NCBI GenBank assembly: GCA_963705505.1 | Contig: CAVPJU010000002.1 | Location: forward strand, 32,001-96,000 | DNA length: 64,000 nt | From: an uncultured bacterium | GTDB taxonomy: Bacteria > Desulfobacterota_D > UBA1144 > Nemesobacterales > UBA2774 | Direction of reading: 5' to 3' | Shown here: positions 9,170 through 19,159 of the stretch, piece after piece | Layout: the number at the start of each line of letters is the position of its first letter | Position numbering within the stretch: position 1 is the stretch's first letter | Notes under the pieces: generated by a model | What the model was told of the DNA's origin: nothing | What the model saw: the letters and a program-made list of their open reading frames with translations, nothing else | Databases searched by the model: none | Translations under genes and position numbers: made by a program

Positions 9170-12100
9170 ATGGACAGCGACAGCAGAAAAACGATCACAC
9201 CCGATTCAGACGAGCTAACGAAAAAGACCAAGAAAGAGCTCGTTAAGCAGATAGAGCTCCTTTACAAGCAAAATTCCGACCTCCAAACGGCGCTAGAGGA
9301 AAAGGAAATGTATTTCGAGAGCCTCGAGCACCTCGGCACTATTCTGGAAGAATCCGTTTTCGAGATATGCGTACTGGACAGGAAAACTCTCCGGTTCATA
9401 CACGCGAACAAAAAAGCCAGGGAGAACCTCGGCTATTCGATGAAAGAGCTGTCGGGCCTGAGCGTATTCGACGTGAAAAAGGAAATCGACAAAGCCCAGT
9501 TCAATAAAATGATCGGGCCACTCAGAGAAGGCCAGACCGACAAGATCGAATACACCGCGTTCCATTTCAGGAGAGACGGGACTTCGTATCCGGTCGAGGT
9601 ACATCTCCAGAACTCGACATTCAACATGACGCCTGTTTTCGTAGGTGTGATACTCAACATTTCCAGACGCACTCAAGCGGAAGACAGGCTTAAAGAGACG
9701 CTCGAACGGCTTTCCAAGATCCACCGGTACGAGACAGTCATAGGCATCGTTACGAGGACGGTGCATAATTCCGTAACCCTCAAAACCGTAATGGACAACG
9801 CCGTGCAGGCGTTGCATCAGAACATGGACCTCGCGAAGAACGTTTTGATACACCTGGTGGAAGGCTCAGAGGCGGTGCTCCACGCTCACAGGGGTCTACC
9901 CGAGTGGTTCGTTGCAAGGATGCGGAGGATACAGTTTCCGCGCGGAGCCACCTGGAGGACTATCATACAGGGAAAGACGGCATACGTGCCCGATACCGAC
10001 GCGGACCAATACATGGGTCCGGCGGGGCTCGAGCTCGGCATCAAGAGCTACGTCTCCATACCGCTAAAAAACGACGGCAGGGTCGTGGGTGTAATCAATA
10101 TCTGTACCGACGTTAAAAACGCCTTCCGGGCGGACGAGCTCAGGGTGCTCGACATAGTATCCAGGCAGATAGAGATCGCGATAAATAACGCGAGGTTCAC
10201 CGAATCCCTGATAGCCTCGGAAAGGGCGCTCGAGGACAAGATCAGCATCCTGTCAAAGAAGGAAAGCTATGAAAAGATGATAAATACGATCGCCGCAAGG
10301 GTCCACAGCTCCGTCGATTTTGACGAGGTGCTCCGTCTGACCTCGAACGGTATGAGGCAGAACATCAAGAAAGCGGACTTCTTCGCGGTCTACCTCGTCG
10401 AGGGGAACGAGGCCGTTATGAAGACAGCCTACGGGCACGATGAAAGCTTTCTGAAGAAGGTGGAAAGAATCCCGTATCCCAAGGGGTTTACGTGGAGGAC
10501 CATCATCGACGGGAAGACGCGTTTGATCCCCGATACGGACCAGGACGACGCTATCGGACCCGCAGCAAAGCAGACGGGCATAAGGAGTTATATATCGATG
10601 CCGATCAAGTCGGTAGGGAACACGATAGGGTGCATAACGCTCGCTTCCAAAAGCATAAACGCCTTCGCCCACGATGAAATTACCCTCCTCGAATCCATAG
10701 TGGAGCAGATAGCCATAGCGCTGCTCAACGCCAAATACGTCCGCGAGATAGAATCGAACGAGAGACGCCTGAAGGCGCTCGTCGGCTCGGTCGACGAGAT
10801 AGTCTTCGAAATCGACGAGAGCGGCACGTACATGGGCGTCTGGACGGCGAACGAAGAGCTGCTCGTAAGGCCCAAGGAGGAGCTCCTCGGCAGGCGCATC
10901 TCCGACTTTTTCGACGGGGATTTAGCGCAATCATTCTCGGACGCGATCAACCGTGTGCTCAAGAACCGGAAGTCCGAGGTCATCGAATATAAATTGTTCA
11001 TAATGGGCAGGGAAAGGTCCTTCAGGGCGCGAATAAACCCGATCATTACACCCGACAGCCAGCCGAACACGGTTTCAATGCTGGCGAGGGACATTACCGA
11101 GAGCAAGGCGCTCGAAACGCAGCTCCTCCGGTCGCAGAGACTCGAGAGCGTTGGAACCCTCGCAGGAGGGATAGCGCACGACCTCAACAATATCCTCCAG
11201 CCGATACTGATGTCCATACAGCTGTTAAAAAGCAGGATATCGGATGAAAAGTGCCGCAGCTGGCTTGACATACTCGACCAGAGCGCCCAGAGGGGGGCCG
11301 ACCTGATAAAGCAGATACTGTCCTTCGCGAGGGGACTCGAAAGCAAAAAGCAGCCGTTCGACATCAAATACCTCGTCAACGAAGCGCAGAAAATGCTCAA
11401 TGTAACATTCCCCAAATTCATCAACCTGCACACCGAGATCGAGGATAATATCCCGTCTGTATTCGGGGACTATACCCAGCTTAACCAGATGTTCATGAAC
11501 CTCTGCGTAAACGCGCGGGACGCGATGCCCGAAGGGGGAGACCTCATAATCCGGATACGCCATATAGCGGCGGGGAAGGACAATATACCCGCATTCCTCA
11601 AGCCCGATTATCAGGAATACATAGTTATCGAGGTATCCGACACGGGTATCGGCATACCGCCCGAGAACCTGGACAAAATCTTCGACCCCTTTTTCACGAC
11701 GAAGTCTTCCGACAAGGGGACGGGGCTCGGACTCTCGACGATCTACGGGATCGTGAAAGACCACGATGGCGTTATCAACGTCGAGAGCCAGGTCGGCAGG
11801 GGGACCAAATTCACGGTCTATCTGCCGGTAATGCAATCGACCGGAGCCGCCGACACGCTCGGCGAGCTTCACTCGAACGCGCACGCCGGGAACGGCGAGA
11901 TGATCCTCGTGGTCGATGACGAGAGCATGATAACGGACATGGCGAGGACGATACTCGAGGAATACGACTACAAGGTGCTCGTCGCGAACAACGGCGAGGA
12001 AGCGACGAAGATATTCCTCCTCCACAAGGACGAGATCTACGCCGCGATAGTGGACATGATGATGCCCGTGATGGGCGGCAAGGCCACCATACGCATACTG

Positions 12101-12256
12101 AAAAAAGAGCGGCCCTCGCTCAAGGTCATAGCCACGAGCGGCTACCAGAGGGAGCACGAGCTAGTCGATCTCAAGGACGCCGAAGTGGACGCGTTCCTGC
12201 CTAAACCCTTTAACGCCGAGAAGCTGCTGCAGACGCTTAATGATGTTATTCATTGA
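9170..12256 (+). CDS. Cytoplasmic hybrid histidine kinase (PAS-GAF-GAF-PAS-HisKA-HATPase-REC)
   Basis: GIAHDLNNIL, NLCVNARDAM, DPFFTTK, GTGLGLS, C-terminal receiver VVDDE/DMMMP/KPF. Confidence 0.95.
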   Translation: MDSDSRKTITPDSDELTKKTKKELVKQIELLYKQNSDLQTALEEKEMYFESLEHLGTILEESVFEICVLDRKTLRFIHANKKARENLGYSMKELSGLSVFDVKKEIDKAQFNKMIGPLREGQTDKIEYTAFHFRRDGTSYPVEVHLQNSTFNMTPVFVGVILNISRRTQAEDRLKETLERLSKIHRYETVIGIVTRTVHNSVTLKTVMDNAVQALHQNMDLAKNVLIHLVEGSEAVLHAHRGLPEWFVARMRRIQFPRGATWRTIIQGKTAYVPDTDADQYMGPAGLELGIKSYVSIPLKNDGRVVGVINICTDVKNAFRADELRVLDIVSRQIEIAINNARFTESLIASERALEDKISILSKKESYEKMINTIAARVHSSVDFDEVLRLTSNGMRQNIKKADFFAVYLVEGNEAVMKTAYGHDESFLKKVERIPYPKGFTWRTIIDGKTRLIPDTDQDDAIGPAAKQTGIRSYISMPIKSVGNTIGCITLASKSINAFAHDEITLLESIVEQIAIALLNAKYVREIESNERRLKALVGSVDEIVFEIDESGTYMGVWTANEELLVRPKEELLGRRISDFFDGDLAQSFSDAINRVLKNRKSEVIEYKLFIMGRERSFRARINPIITPDSQPNTVSMLARDITESKALETQLLRSQRLESVGTLAGGIAHDLNNILQPILMSIQLLKSRISDEKCRSWLDILDQSAQRGADLIKQILSFARGLESKKQPFDIKYLVNEAQKMLNVTFPKFINLHTEIEDNIPSVFGDYTQLNQMFMNLCVNARDAMPEGGDLIIRIRHIAAGKDNIPAFLKPDYQEYIVIEVSDTGIGIPPENLDKIFDPFFTTKSSDKGTGLGLSTIYGIVKDHDGVINVESQVGRGTKFTVYLPVMQSTGAADTLGELHSNAHAGNGEMILVVDDESMITDMARTILEEYDYKVLVANNGEEATKIFLLHKDEIYAAIVDMMMPVMGGKATIRILKKERPSLKVIATSGYQREHELVDLKDAEVDAFLPKPFNAEKLLQTLNDVIH

Positions 12257-12315
12257 AGAGTTCGCCGGGAAAGGTTCCAGACCGTCGAGCTGCCATATTT
12301 GATACACGGATAACG

Positions 12316-13152
12316 TCAGTTCTTTATATTGAAGAGAGCCAGGTACTCCTTCGACCTATTCCCTATCCCCCTCCCGGTTTCCTTCATATCCTGCTCAGTG
12401 ATTCCGCTCACGGGTTTCATATTCCCGTCCACCCATAATACAAGGCGTCCGTTTTTGAATACGTATCCGGAGAACGGGCCCTTATAAAAATAGACTGCGC
12501 CGTCGAGATAGTAAACCGCTGTCTCCCACATCATCCTTCCGCTGCCGTCGGGCTCCGTGAATGTGAGCTTCACCGGCTTCCCGTCTTTCGTCCATAAAAC
12601 GAGCTCCCTTTTCTCCCAGCCCTTCTTTTCGGGCCCGATAGTCTTATCCTGGTTTTTATACTCACCCGCGTTATTTTCGACGTATGTCATGTAGGCCGCG
12701 ACGTTGTCGATATATATCTTGTCCATAGTGCCGCGCCATTCCTTGAGCGCAGCGCTCGATGCGGGGTCTTCTTTTTCGAACGTTCCGCTCAGGTAATCGT
12801 CGGCCTTTATCACGAGCGCCTCATCGGTAAGATTCTCGACCGTGTATTTGACCTCTACGGGCTCGGGGTACCTGTCGGTGTTGGTCGTGAGGACCAATTC
12901 CTTCCCCGCTACTTTCCAGTTGAGTCCGTTCATCGAGGCGATGCCCACCAATTCGAGAGTCCCGTCCTCGTGGAGATAGAATCCCTCCTTCCCCCCCTCG
13001 CCCGCCTGCCCGCCGCCTATCTGCCTCAGCCAGAGGCCGGATATTGCGGATGATGCTGCCGCGCTGCCCTCTCCGGCCAGAGCGTGACTGCACGCAGCGG
13101 AAACCATGAGAAGTATCAGGACGAATTTTGTAAATACGTGCATGTTCTTCAT
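12316..13152 (-). CDS. Secreted hypothetical protein (possible lipocalin-like N-domain)
   Basis: Signal peptide, 278 aa with host-like codon usage. Confidence 0.7.
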   Translation of the reverse strand: MKNMHVFTKFVLILLMVSAACSHALAGEGSAAASSAISGLWLRQIGGGQAGEGGKEGFYLHEDGTLELVGIASMNGLNWKVAGKELVLTTNTDRYPEPVEVKYTVENLTDEALVIKADDYLSGTFEKEDPASSAALKEWRGTMDKIYIDNVAAYMTYVENNAGEYKNQDKTIGPEKKGWEKRELVLWTKDGKPVKLTFTEPDGSGRMMWETAVYYLDGAVYFYKGPFSGYVFKNGRLVLWVDGNMKPVSGITEQDMKETGRGIGNRSKEYLALFNIKN

Positions 13153-13315
13153 ATCGTGAAACCCCGCAAACTCATTCTCGTCATCAGATTAGCATAAATA
13201 ACATTATGCGGATTATCCATACGCGGATCCACAAGAAAAATTCCTGCTATCGGAATAAATCATATAGTACTATAATTACTTATATTCATTACATATCTTT
13301 AGGGAGGATAATGAA

Positions 13316-13585
13316 ATGAGCGCAACGCCCGCAGCAAAGACTTACGATACATCGCCCATGAGCGTAGGGGAATGGGTCATCACGATGATACTCCTCGCCA
13401 TACCGGTAGTCGGTCTCGTGATGCTCATATACTGGATAGTGAGCAGCACCGGGAATATAAACAGGAGGAATTACTGCCTGGCCTCTTTGATAATCGCTGC
13501 GATCATAATAGGAATCGGGATAATCATTGCCGTCTTCTTCGGAGGCATGGCGGCCATAATGTCCCATCACGGCACACAGATGTAG
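13316..13585 (+). CDS. Small membrane protein
   Basis: RBS GGAGG; MSVGEWVITMILLAIPVVGL...NRRNYC motif, hydrophobic helices. Confidence 0.85.
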   Translation: MSATPAAKTYDTSPMSVGEWVITMILLAIPVVGLVMLIYWIVSSTGNINRRNYCLASLIIAAIIIGIGIIIAVFFGGMAAIMSHHGTQM

Positions 13586-13714
13586 CACAAGAGTCGCCCT
13601 CCCGGAAACCGGGACTCCTCAATCGACGTTTGCAGGTTCCGTAGATCCACGGATCATGATCTTGTTCCGCTAATGGAACAGGCTAATACCGACGCTGCGC
13701 GGGCAGCCGACTCT

Positions 13715-15244
13715 TCACAGGTCTATGAAAAGCCCCCTCGCCTCCTCGGACGTGAGCTTGGAGACTGACGTAACCTTGTCGCTGAATAGCGAGAGCGTCT
13801 GCCAGGACTCCCTCTCCGTGAGGTCAATGAGGACTGAATAGACCTTAAAGCCGAGCCTCTCGCGCTCGCGTTTAAACCCTTCGAGCCACGCGTCTCCCAC
13901 TCCCGCCTCCCCGTCCGTGATGAATACGATATCGCCGCGCCTGAACTTCGACCCCTTGAGAATTTCAAGGGCGCTGTCGAGCGGCTCCTCGAAATTAGTG
14001 CCTCCGCCGGGGAAATACTCCGCAAGCTCGAATATGTCCTTCTCCTTCATCCCCCATCCTCCCCTGCCCTCTCCGGGGCTCGACTCGAACACCCTCTGCG
14101 GAGCGCCGCCCGAGGAGAATACGACGACGCTGAATTTCCGCCTCTCCCTTTTAGCTATCTCCAGCAGCGTGAGGCAGACCCCCTTTGACCAGAGCTCCTT
14201 TTTCCCCTCCATCGACGAGCTGCCGTCGAGGCATATCACGATAGGCCCCCTGCCTTTCTCGTCCCTGAGCGAATACTGGAGGAGCCTGCCCTCGATGAGC
14301 CTCTTCTTAAAATCCACGCGCAGCCCGGGGCTGCTCAGCGACACCAGCTCCGAGGCGATAAGCCTCCCGATGTCGTTCCCCATGGATATATCGAAAACCT
14401 CGGCCCCCCTCCTCGACCACGACTTCCTCCTGCCGCGGAGCATCTCCTCCTTGAGGCTCCCCACGATGCGGGAGAGACGTCTCAGTTTTTCATTCGAATA
14501 GAGCTTGGAGGCGAGGTCGAGCTTTTCGCCCGCCGACCTCTCGCCGGGGGCTCCCATGGAAGCTCCCCAGGACGTGAGCTCGTCCTCCGCGTTCTCGACA
14601 TTTTCCGACGTCTCTTTCATCGAAGACTTGACCATATTCTTGAGCTTCATGTCCATGTTCTCGTGCCCTTTCCTGAGCTCTCCCTCAAGCTTCTTGAGGG
14701 CCTTCTCCTCCCTCTCGAGTTCGGACTTTTTTTCTCGCCTGATTTTCTCAAACACATCGCCCCGCTCCTCTTCTTCGCCCGCGACCTCATCCCATGTCTC
14801 CGCCTCGTCCGCAAGCTCCTCCATATCGTCCTCGGCCCTGTCCGTCTCCCATTCCCTCATGAGCGGCTTCTCGCCGGGCCCGTCCCCGGACCTGAGCCAA
14901 TCGAGCACCAAGCCCGCCATTTGAGCGGCGGCGAGGGAGGACCTGAACCCGTCGAGCACCGTCTCCTCGCGGAGCTGTCCGTAAAGGGGGTCACGGAGCA
15001 CTCCCGCCAGGATCCTCCGCGGGAGTAAGGAGCTCCTCCTGACCCCGTCTTCGGGGAGGAAAACGACGTTGTGCTTGTAGAACGAGGCGAAGAGGTCGAG
15101 CACGAGCGGGCGGAAGCCCGGGAGAAGGGCCGAGCCCCTTTCCATGAGCTCCTTTAACTCCTCCGACACGTCCTCGAACTCGCCGAAGAGCTCCCTGTCG
15201 TAAGAGTCCGTCTCGATGTTCTGCCCTGAGAGCGCGCGTCTCAT
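13715..15244 (-). CDS. VWA-domain protein, ViaA/CoxE-like
   Basis: MIDAS DGSSSM, GGTNF, FITDG; GNDIGRLIASEL segment; coiled-coil N-terminal half. Confidence 0.85.
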   Translation of the reverse strand: MRRALSGQNIETDSYDRELFGEFEDVSEELKELMERGSALLPGFRPLVLDLFASFYKHNVVFLPEDGVRRSSLLPRRILAGVLRDPLYGQLREETVLDGFRSSLAAAQMAGLVLDWLRSGDGPGEKPLMREWETDRAEDDMEELADEAETWDEVAGEEEERGDVFEKIRREKKSELEREEKALKKLEGELRKGHENMDMKLKNMVKSSMKETSENVENAEDELTSWGASMGAPGERSAGEKLDLASKLYSNEKLRRLSRIVGSLKEEMLRGRRKSWSRRGAEVFDISMGNDIGRLIASELVSLSSPGLRVDFKKRLIEGRLLQYSLRDEKGRGPIVICLDGSSSMEGKKELWSKGVCLTLLEIAKRERRKFSVVVFSSGGAPQRVFESSPGEGRGGWGMKEKDIFELAEYFPGGGTNFEEPLDSALEILKGSKFRRGDIVFITDGEAGVGDAWLEGFKRERERLGFKVYSVLIDLTERESWQTLSLFSDKVTSVSKLTSEEARGLFIDL

Positions 15245-15341
15245 ACAGGATTAAATTAACACGCGCGCCCCGGTGTATCAATTTTCATAAGCCGTGTTAA
15301 AATAGAAAACCTTCCCGTGACAGGCGTACGATTAAATACAT

Positions 15342-16508
15342 ATGAACCTCAATAGCGCTGAATTCAAAGCAGTTATAACAGTGGCCCTCATAATGGCCAC
15401 GAGGATCCTCGGCATATTCCTGATACTCCCCGTCTTCAGCGTCTATGCGGAGAGGTATCCCGGCTCGGACATCGCCATGGCGGGGCTCGCTTTCGGCATA
15501 TACGCGCTTGCCCAGAGCGTGCTCCAGCTCCCGTTCGGGTGGGTGAGCGACAGGATAGGCAGAAAACCCGTCCTGATAGTGGGCATACTGCTCTTTACCG
15601 CGGGCAGCGTATACTGCGGGATGGCGGATACGATAACGGGGCTCATAATCGCGCGTATCATACAGGGGAGCGGGGCCGTGAGCTCGGTCGCGATAGCCTC
15701 CCTCGGCGACATAACACGCCCGAGCGTGAGGGCACAGTCGTTCACGATAGTGGGCGTATCCATAGGCGTCGCGTTCCTCATGGCAATAGTCATCGGGCCG
15801 TATCTCGCGGCGAGGATAGGGTTCTCGAGCCTCTTTTACGTTCTCGCGGGACTGGGGGCGATATCACTCCTTATCACCGTCTTCTTTTTCCCCGCGATAG
15901 AAAAAGAAGAGCCGATCGGCGGCAAGACCGGGATATTGCGGATCGCGTTCATGCCCGAGATGAGGACCCTCTTCATATCGTCCCTCGTGGTGTCGCTCCT
16001 TGTAAACCTGTTCGTTTTCGTTTTCCCTCTCTCATGGAAGGCACTCGGGGTGAGCGACGCCGGGCTCTGGCGCGTATATCTCATATCCCTAATACCGACG
16101 GCCCTCTTCGTATTCCCCTACATACGGTGGGCGGAGAAGAGGGGCGGGCTCAGTATCGCCGCAAAAGCGGCGTGGGCCTGCATCGCGCTCGCATTCCTCG
16201 TCTACCCCGCGGGCGCAGGGTATTCGCTGGTCCTCTACGGCGCGGGCATGGCGTATTTCGCGGGACACACCATAATGCAGTCGCTCCTTCCGGCCTTCCT
16301 CACGCAGATGGTGGGGCAGGAGAAAAGGGGCTCCGCTACGGGCATATATAACCTCCTTTCCTTCTTCGGCTCGTCGGTCGGGGGGATGGCGTCTGGATAC
16401 CTCTACCAGATTAACCCCGCCATGCCGCTCATAGCCGGCTTCGTAGTGATTATACTCTGGGGACTGCTGGGCCTCCCTTCTCCGCCTGAGATCGGGCACG
16501 ACCGATGA
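15342..16508 (+). CDS. MFS transporter (YajR-like)
   Basis: GWVSDRIGRK motif A, about 12 TM helices. Confidence 0.9.
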   Translation: MNLNSAEFKAVITVALIMATRILGIFLILPVFSVYAERYPGSDIAMAGLAFGIYALAQSVLQLPFGWVSDRIGRKPVLIVGILLFTAGSVYCGMADTITGLIIARIIQGSGAVSSVAIASLGDITRPSVRAQSFTIVGVSIGVAFLMAIVIGPYLAARIGFSSLFYVLAGLGAISLLITVFFFPAIEKEEPIGGKTGILRIAFMPEMRTLFISSLVVSLLVNLFVFVFPLSWKALGVSDAGLWRVYLISLIPTALFVFPYIRWAEKRGGLSIAAKAAWACIALAFLVYPAGAGYSLVLYGAGMAYFAGHTIMQSLLPAFLTQMVGQEKRGSATGIYNLLSFFGSSVGGMASGYLYQINPAMPLIAGFVVIILWGLLGLPSPPEIGHDR

Positions 16509-16561
16509 GCACGCAAGTCGTCAATCCTCCGGTTACATTCGAGCTATTCCAAATCCCGGGC

Positions 16562-16637
16562 AATGGGGGCTCGGCGTATTCGTCGCTCTTACGGGCATAG
16601 CGGCTGTATGGGCGCTAAGAAGGCGGGCTCAGAGGGC
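16562..16637 (+). repeat. 76-bp perfect direct repeat, copy 1: orphan IPTL sorting-signal tail
   Basis: Identical to 17456-17531 (AATGGGGGCTCGGCG...GCTCAGAGGGC). Confidence 0.95.
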
Positions 16638-16719
16638 GGAGGGGGATTTAAGATAATTCTCGCTATGTATTTAGGATTCTGCTAGAATTTGTAAACAAGA
16701 CCGTTTACGGAGGAAAAAG

Positions 16720-17535
16720 ATGTTGAATTATATAAAGATAACTTCAATAGTAGCTTTCCTTATCTTTCTTACCGCGGTTTCTTCAAAAGCGGCGATATTC
16801 GTACAAAACGTATTTTCGAACGTAAATACCAATCCGGTTCCGTTTACACAATCAGTTGTCGACACGCCCACGGGCGGTCCGGGTGACTTCGAAATAATCA
16901 CGTGCGGAACATTTTCAGGCGGCGGAAACACTTTCCTCGCCCCCGGGCCCGACATATTCGATCCGGTTGACCTGGGGAGCTGCGGCAGCGGCTTCGGATG
17001 CATACAGGGAATCTGGTCGAGGTTCGTCGATACACAGGGCGCATCGGAAAATTTCTGTAACTGGACAAACCAGACAAACGTGTTCGGCGCGGGCAGCATA
17101 AGGTGGAGCGGTGTTGACCGGGATAATCCGATCGTTGACGTCGCGTGCAATACGGGTGAAAGTGAGGTCGCAACCGCGCCTTCCGCGGACGCCGAGGAGG
17201 GGTCGTACGTCGCGAGGGTATATACGCTGACTCCCTCACTCGATAACCTGGTCGGCGGAACCGCATTTATAAACGGGGAATTTACCGCAACCGCCGTTTT
17301 AGAATCCCTGGAGCTGGTAGTGCACGGGAAAACCGACCCTGCGGAGGGTGCCGGACCTACGGGCACATCCGATTATTCAATCGAGAGGTTCTCCTCCTGG
17401 AGGGCATGCACTATCGTGCTGAGGGCTGCTCCGACAAATATCCCGACGCTCTCCGAATGGGGGCTCGGCGTATTCGTCGCTCTTACGGGCATAGCGGCTG
17501 TATGGGCGCTAAGAAGGCGGGCTCAGAGGGCTTAG
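16720..17535 (+). CDS. IPTL-CTERM sorting-domain surface protein
   Basis: Signal peptide; C-terminal IPTLSEWG + TM + RRR. Confidence 0.92.
   Translation: MLNYIKITSIVAFLIFLTAVSSKAAIFVQNVFSNVNTNPVPFTQSVVDTPTGGPGDFEIITCGTFSGGGNTFLAPGPDIFDPVDLGSCGSGFGCIQGIWSRFVDTQGASENFCNWTNQTNVFGAGSIRWSGVDRDNPIVDVACNTGESEVATAPSADAEEGSYVARVYTLTPSLDNLVGGTAFINGEFTATAVLESLELVVHGKTDPAEGAGPTGTSDYSIERFSSWRACTIVLRAAPTNIPTLSEWGLGVFVALTGIAAVWALRRRAQRA
17456..17531 (+). repeat. 76-bp perfect direct repeat, copy 2 (coding tail of the IPTL gene)
   Basis: Identical to 16562-16637. Confidence 0.95.
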
Positions 17536-17662
17536 TACTTCGAGTTCAAAAAAATCCGTGGGCTTTGTTCGGGGCGTGAACGCCGGGGCGAAGCCCGCGT
17601 CTCTCTATCGGAAGCATTAAAAGTCCTTCTCTATGTTCGTATCGGGGTAAATCCGCGGTGAT

Positions 17663-18637
17663 TCAAACCGTGCCTTTCGTCCTTATGGACTCGAGCACGG
17701 CGCGGACGTCGTAGAGGTCGTTTACGACTACGGCTTCGATCTCGGCGAGGACCTGAGAGTAACTGTTTCTCGCCCTTCCGCCCACCACGACGGGCAGACC
17801 CGGCAGATACCGTCTTAGTTTTCTCAGCTCCCGCGCAACCAGAGGGTCGCTTTCGGGATAGATCACGCTCAGGATGAGGGCCTTCGAATCATTATACGTC
17901 ACTGTCCCCGCTATCTCCTCGGCAGGGAGGCTCGGCCCGAGATACGTCACATTCCACCCCTCGCTCGCCGCAGTTACTGCCGCAGAGAGCGCCCCGATCT
18001 CGTGCACCTGGTCAGAAGGGGTGGTCACGACAGCATGAGGAGCGCCGGGAAATGTCTTTTGTGAAGCAAGGAGGCTCCCGAGAAAAGTCCTCACGGCCTG
18101 CGTCGCTAAGTGCTCGTGGGATATCCTCAACTCCCCCTTCCGCCAGAGGTCGCCTATCTTCTCCATGGCCGGTATTACGACGTGGTCGAGGAGGGCGTTC
18201 CTCCCCGTCTCGGTCTCTATCGCCAGCATTATCTCTTCGAGGGCCTTACGGTCCATACGCTCGACCGACGAGATGATGCCGTCTATATAGTTATTGTAGT
18301 CCCTGACTATCGACAGATCGCCCGCCTTCAGAGGCTCGACGATCCTTCTCTGAGGGAGGTCTATCACATTCATCCTGTTGACTATGTCCTGAAGCTCTTC
18401 TCTCGAGTACCCGGCAATCTGGCTTATCGGGTATCCCGCCCCTGTCGCCTTCTGGAGCAAAGAGAGCCTCTCGATGTCACCCTCCCCGTAGTATCTCCTG
18501 TTGTTCGAATCCCTCCCGGGCGTAACCACTCCGTACCGCCTCTCCCACGCCCTTATCGCATGCGGGGTGAGACCCGTCATCCTCGAAGCCACCTTCATGG
18601 AAAACTTTCTCTTAACGTCCTCCCGGTTTTCGTGCAT
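17663..18637 (-). CDS. carH: CarH/LitR-family B12-dependent MerR-type photoreceptor repressor
   Basis: MerR HTH with RAWERRYG; W-x9-EH (WRKGELRISHEH); cobalamin Rossmann motifs QVHEIG, YLG, VVVGG; the ORF-track TTG start at 18673 is the -35 hexamer, so ATG 18637 is preferred. Confidence 0.92.
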   Translation of the reverse strand: MHENREDVKRKFSMKVASRMTGLTPHAIRAWERRYGVVTPGRDSNNRRYYGEGDIERLSLLQKATGAGYPISQIAGYSREELQDIVNRMNVIDLPQRRIVEPLKAGDLSIVRDYNNYIDGIISSVERMDRKALEEIMLAIETETGRNALLDHVVIPAMEKIGDLWRKGELRISHEHLATQAVRTFLGSLLASQKTFPGAPHAVVTTPSDQVHEIGALSAAVTAASEGWNVTYLGPSLPAEEIAGTVTYNDSKALILSVIYPESDPLVARELRKLRRYLPGLPVVVGGRARNSYSQVLAEIEAVVVNDLYDVRAVLESIRTKGTV

Positions 18638-18644
18638 GGGTATA

Positions 18645-18673
18645 ATCTTAAACCCGTGTCTAACATATGTCAA
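18645..18673 (-). promoter_or_regulatory. carH promoter with overlapping operator
   Basis: Minus strand TTGACA (18673-18668), TAGACA 11 bp later (18662-18657), -10 TAAGAT at 17-bp spacing, ATG 7 nt downstream. Confidence 0.75.
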
Positions 18674-18808
18674 GGTCGAGCCATTATTTAACAGGAAACT
18701 TTCATTTACTTATATCACTCATTTAATAGTGCTATATAACTTCTTCGCATATTGCAATAAAAAAGTTTGAATCGAAATATTTATTCCCTTCGGCAGCGGT
18801 GCTCAAAG

Positions 18809-18878
18809 AAGACAATATTAAAACATATACTTGACATAGGCTAGACAACACATTATTATATTAGACAAATACTAGACA
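18809..18878 (+). promoter_or_regulatory. Sigma70 promoter overlapped by tandem 11-bp CarH operator repeats
   Basis: AAGACA 18809, AAAACA 18820, TTGACA 18831 (-35), TAGACA 18842, TATTAT 18854 (-10, 17-bp spacer), TAGACA 18862, TAGACA 18873. Confidence 0.85.
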
Positions 18879-19159
18879 GTCATTCAACTTTAGTGATGGG
18901 GTTCAAACCCGGTCGGCGGCCATTGGAAAGGGGGGCAAAAGATTGGATATAGAGCATATGAGAGGAGCTGATTACGACGGGGATTCCCGGCTGAGAAGGC
19001 GGCTACTCGCCATAAATCGGGTAATTCAAGCGGCCGGACAGAGCGGACATACGCCGGGAAGTAAGAAATTCTATAAATTTGGGAACGGGGTGAATCCCGG
19101 CCCTTGTAAATTGAGTCTAAAGGTATATATAAGGAATATAGAGAGAAGCGGGGGGAAAT

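Noticed and set aside
16562..17531. 76-bp repeat as a DGR template/variable repeat pair
   Set aside because: The copies are identical with no adenine-specific mismatches, and no reverse transcriptase is in the window
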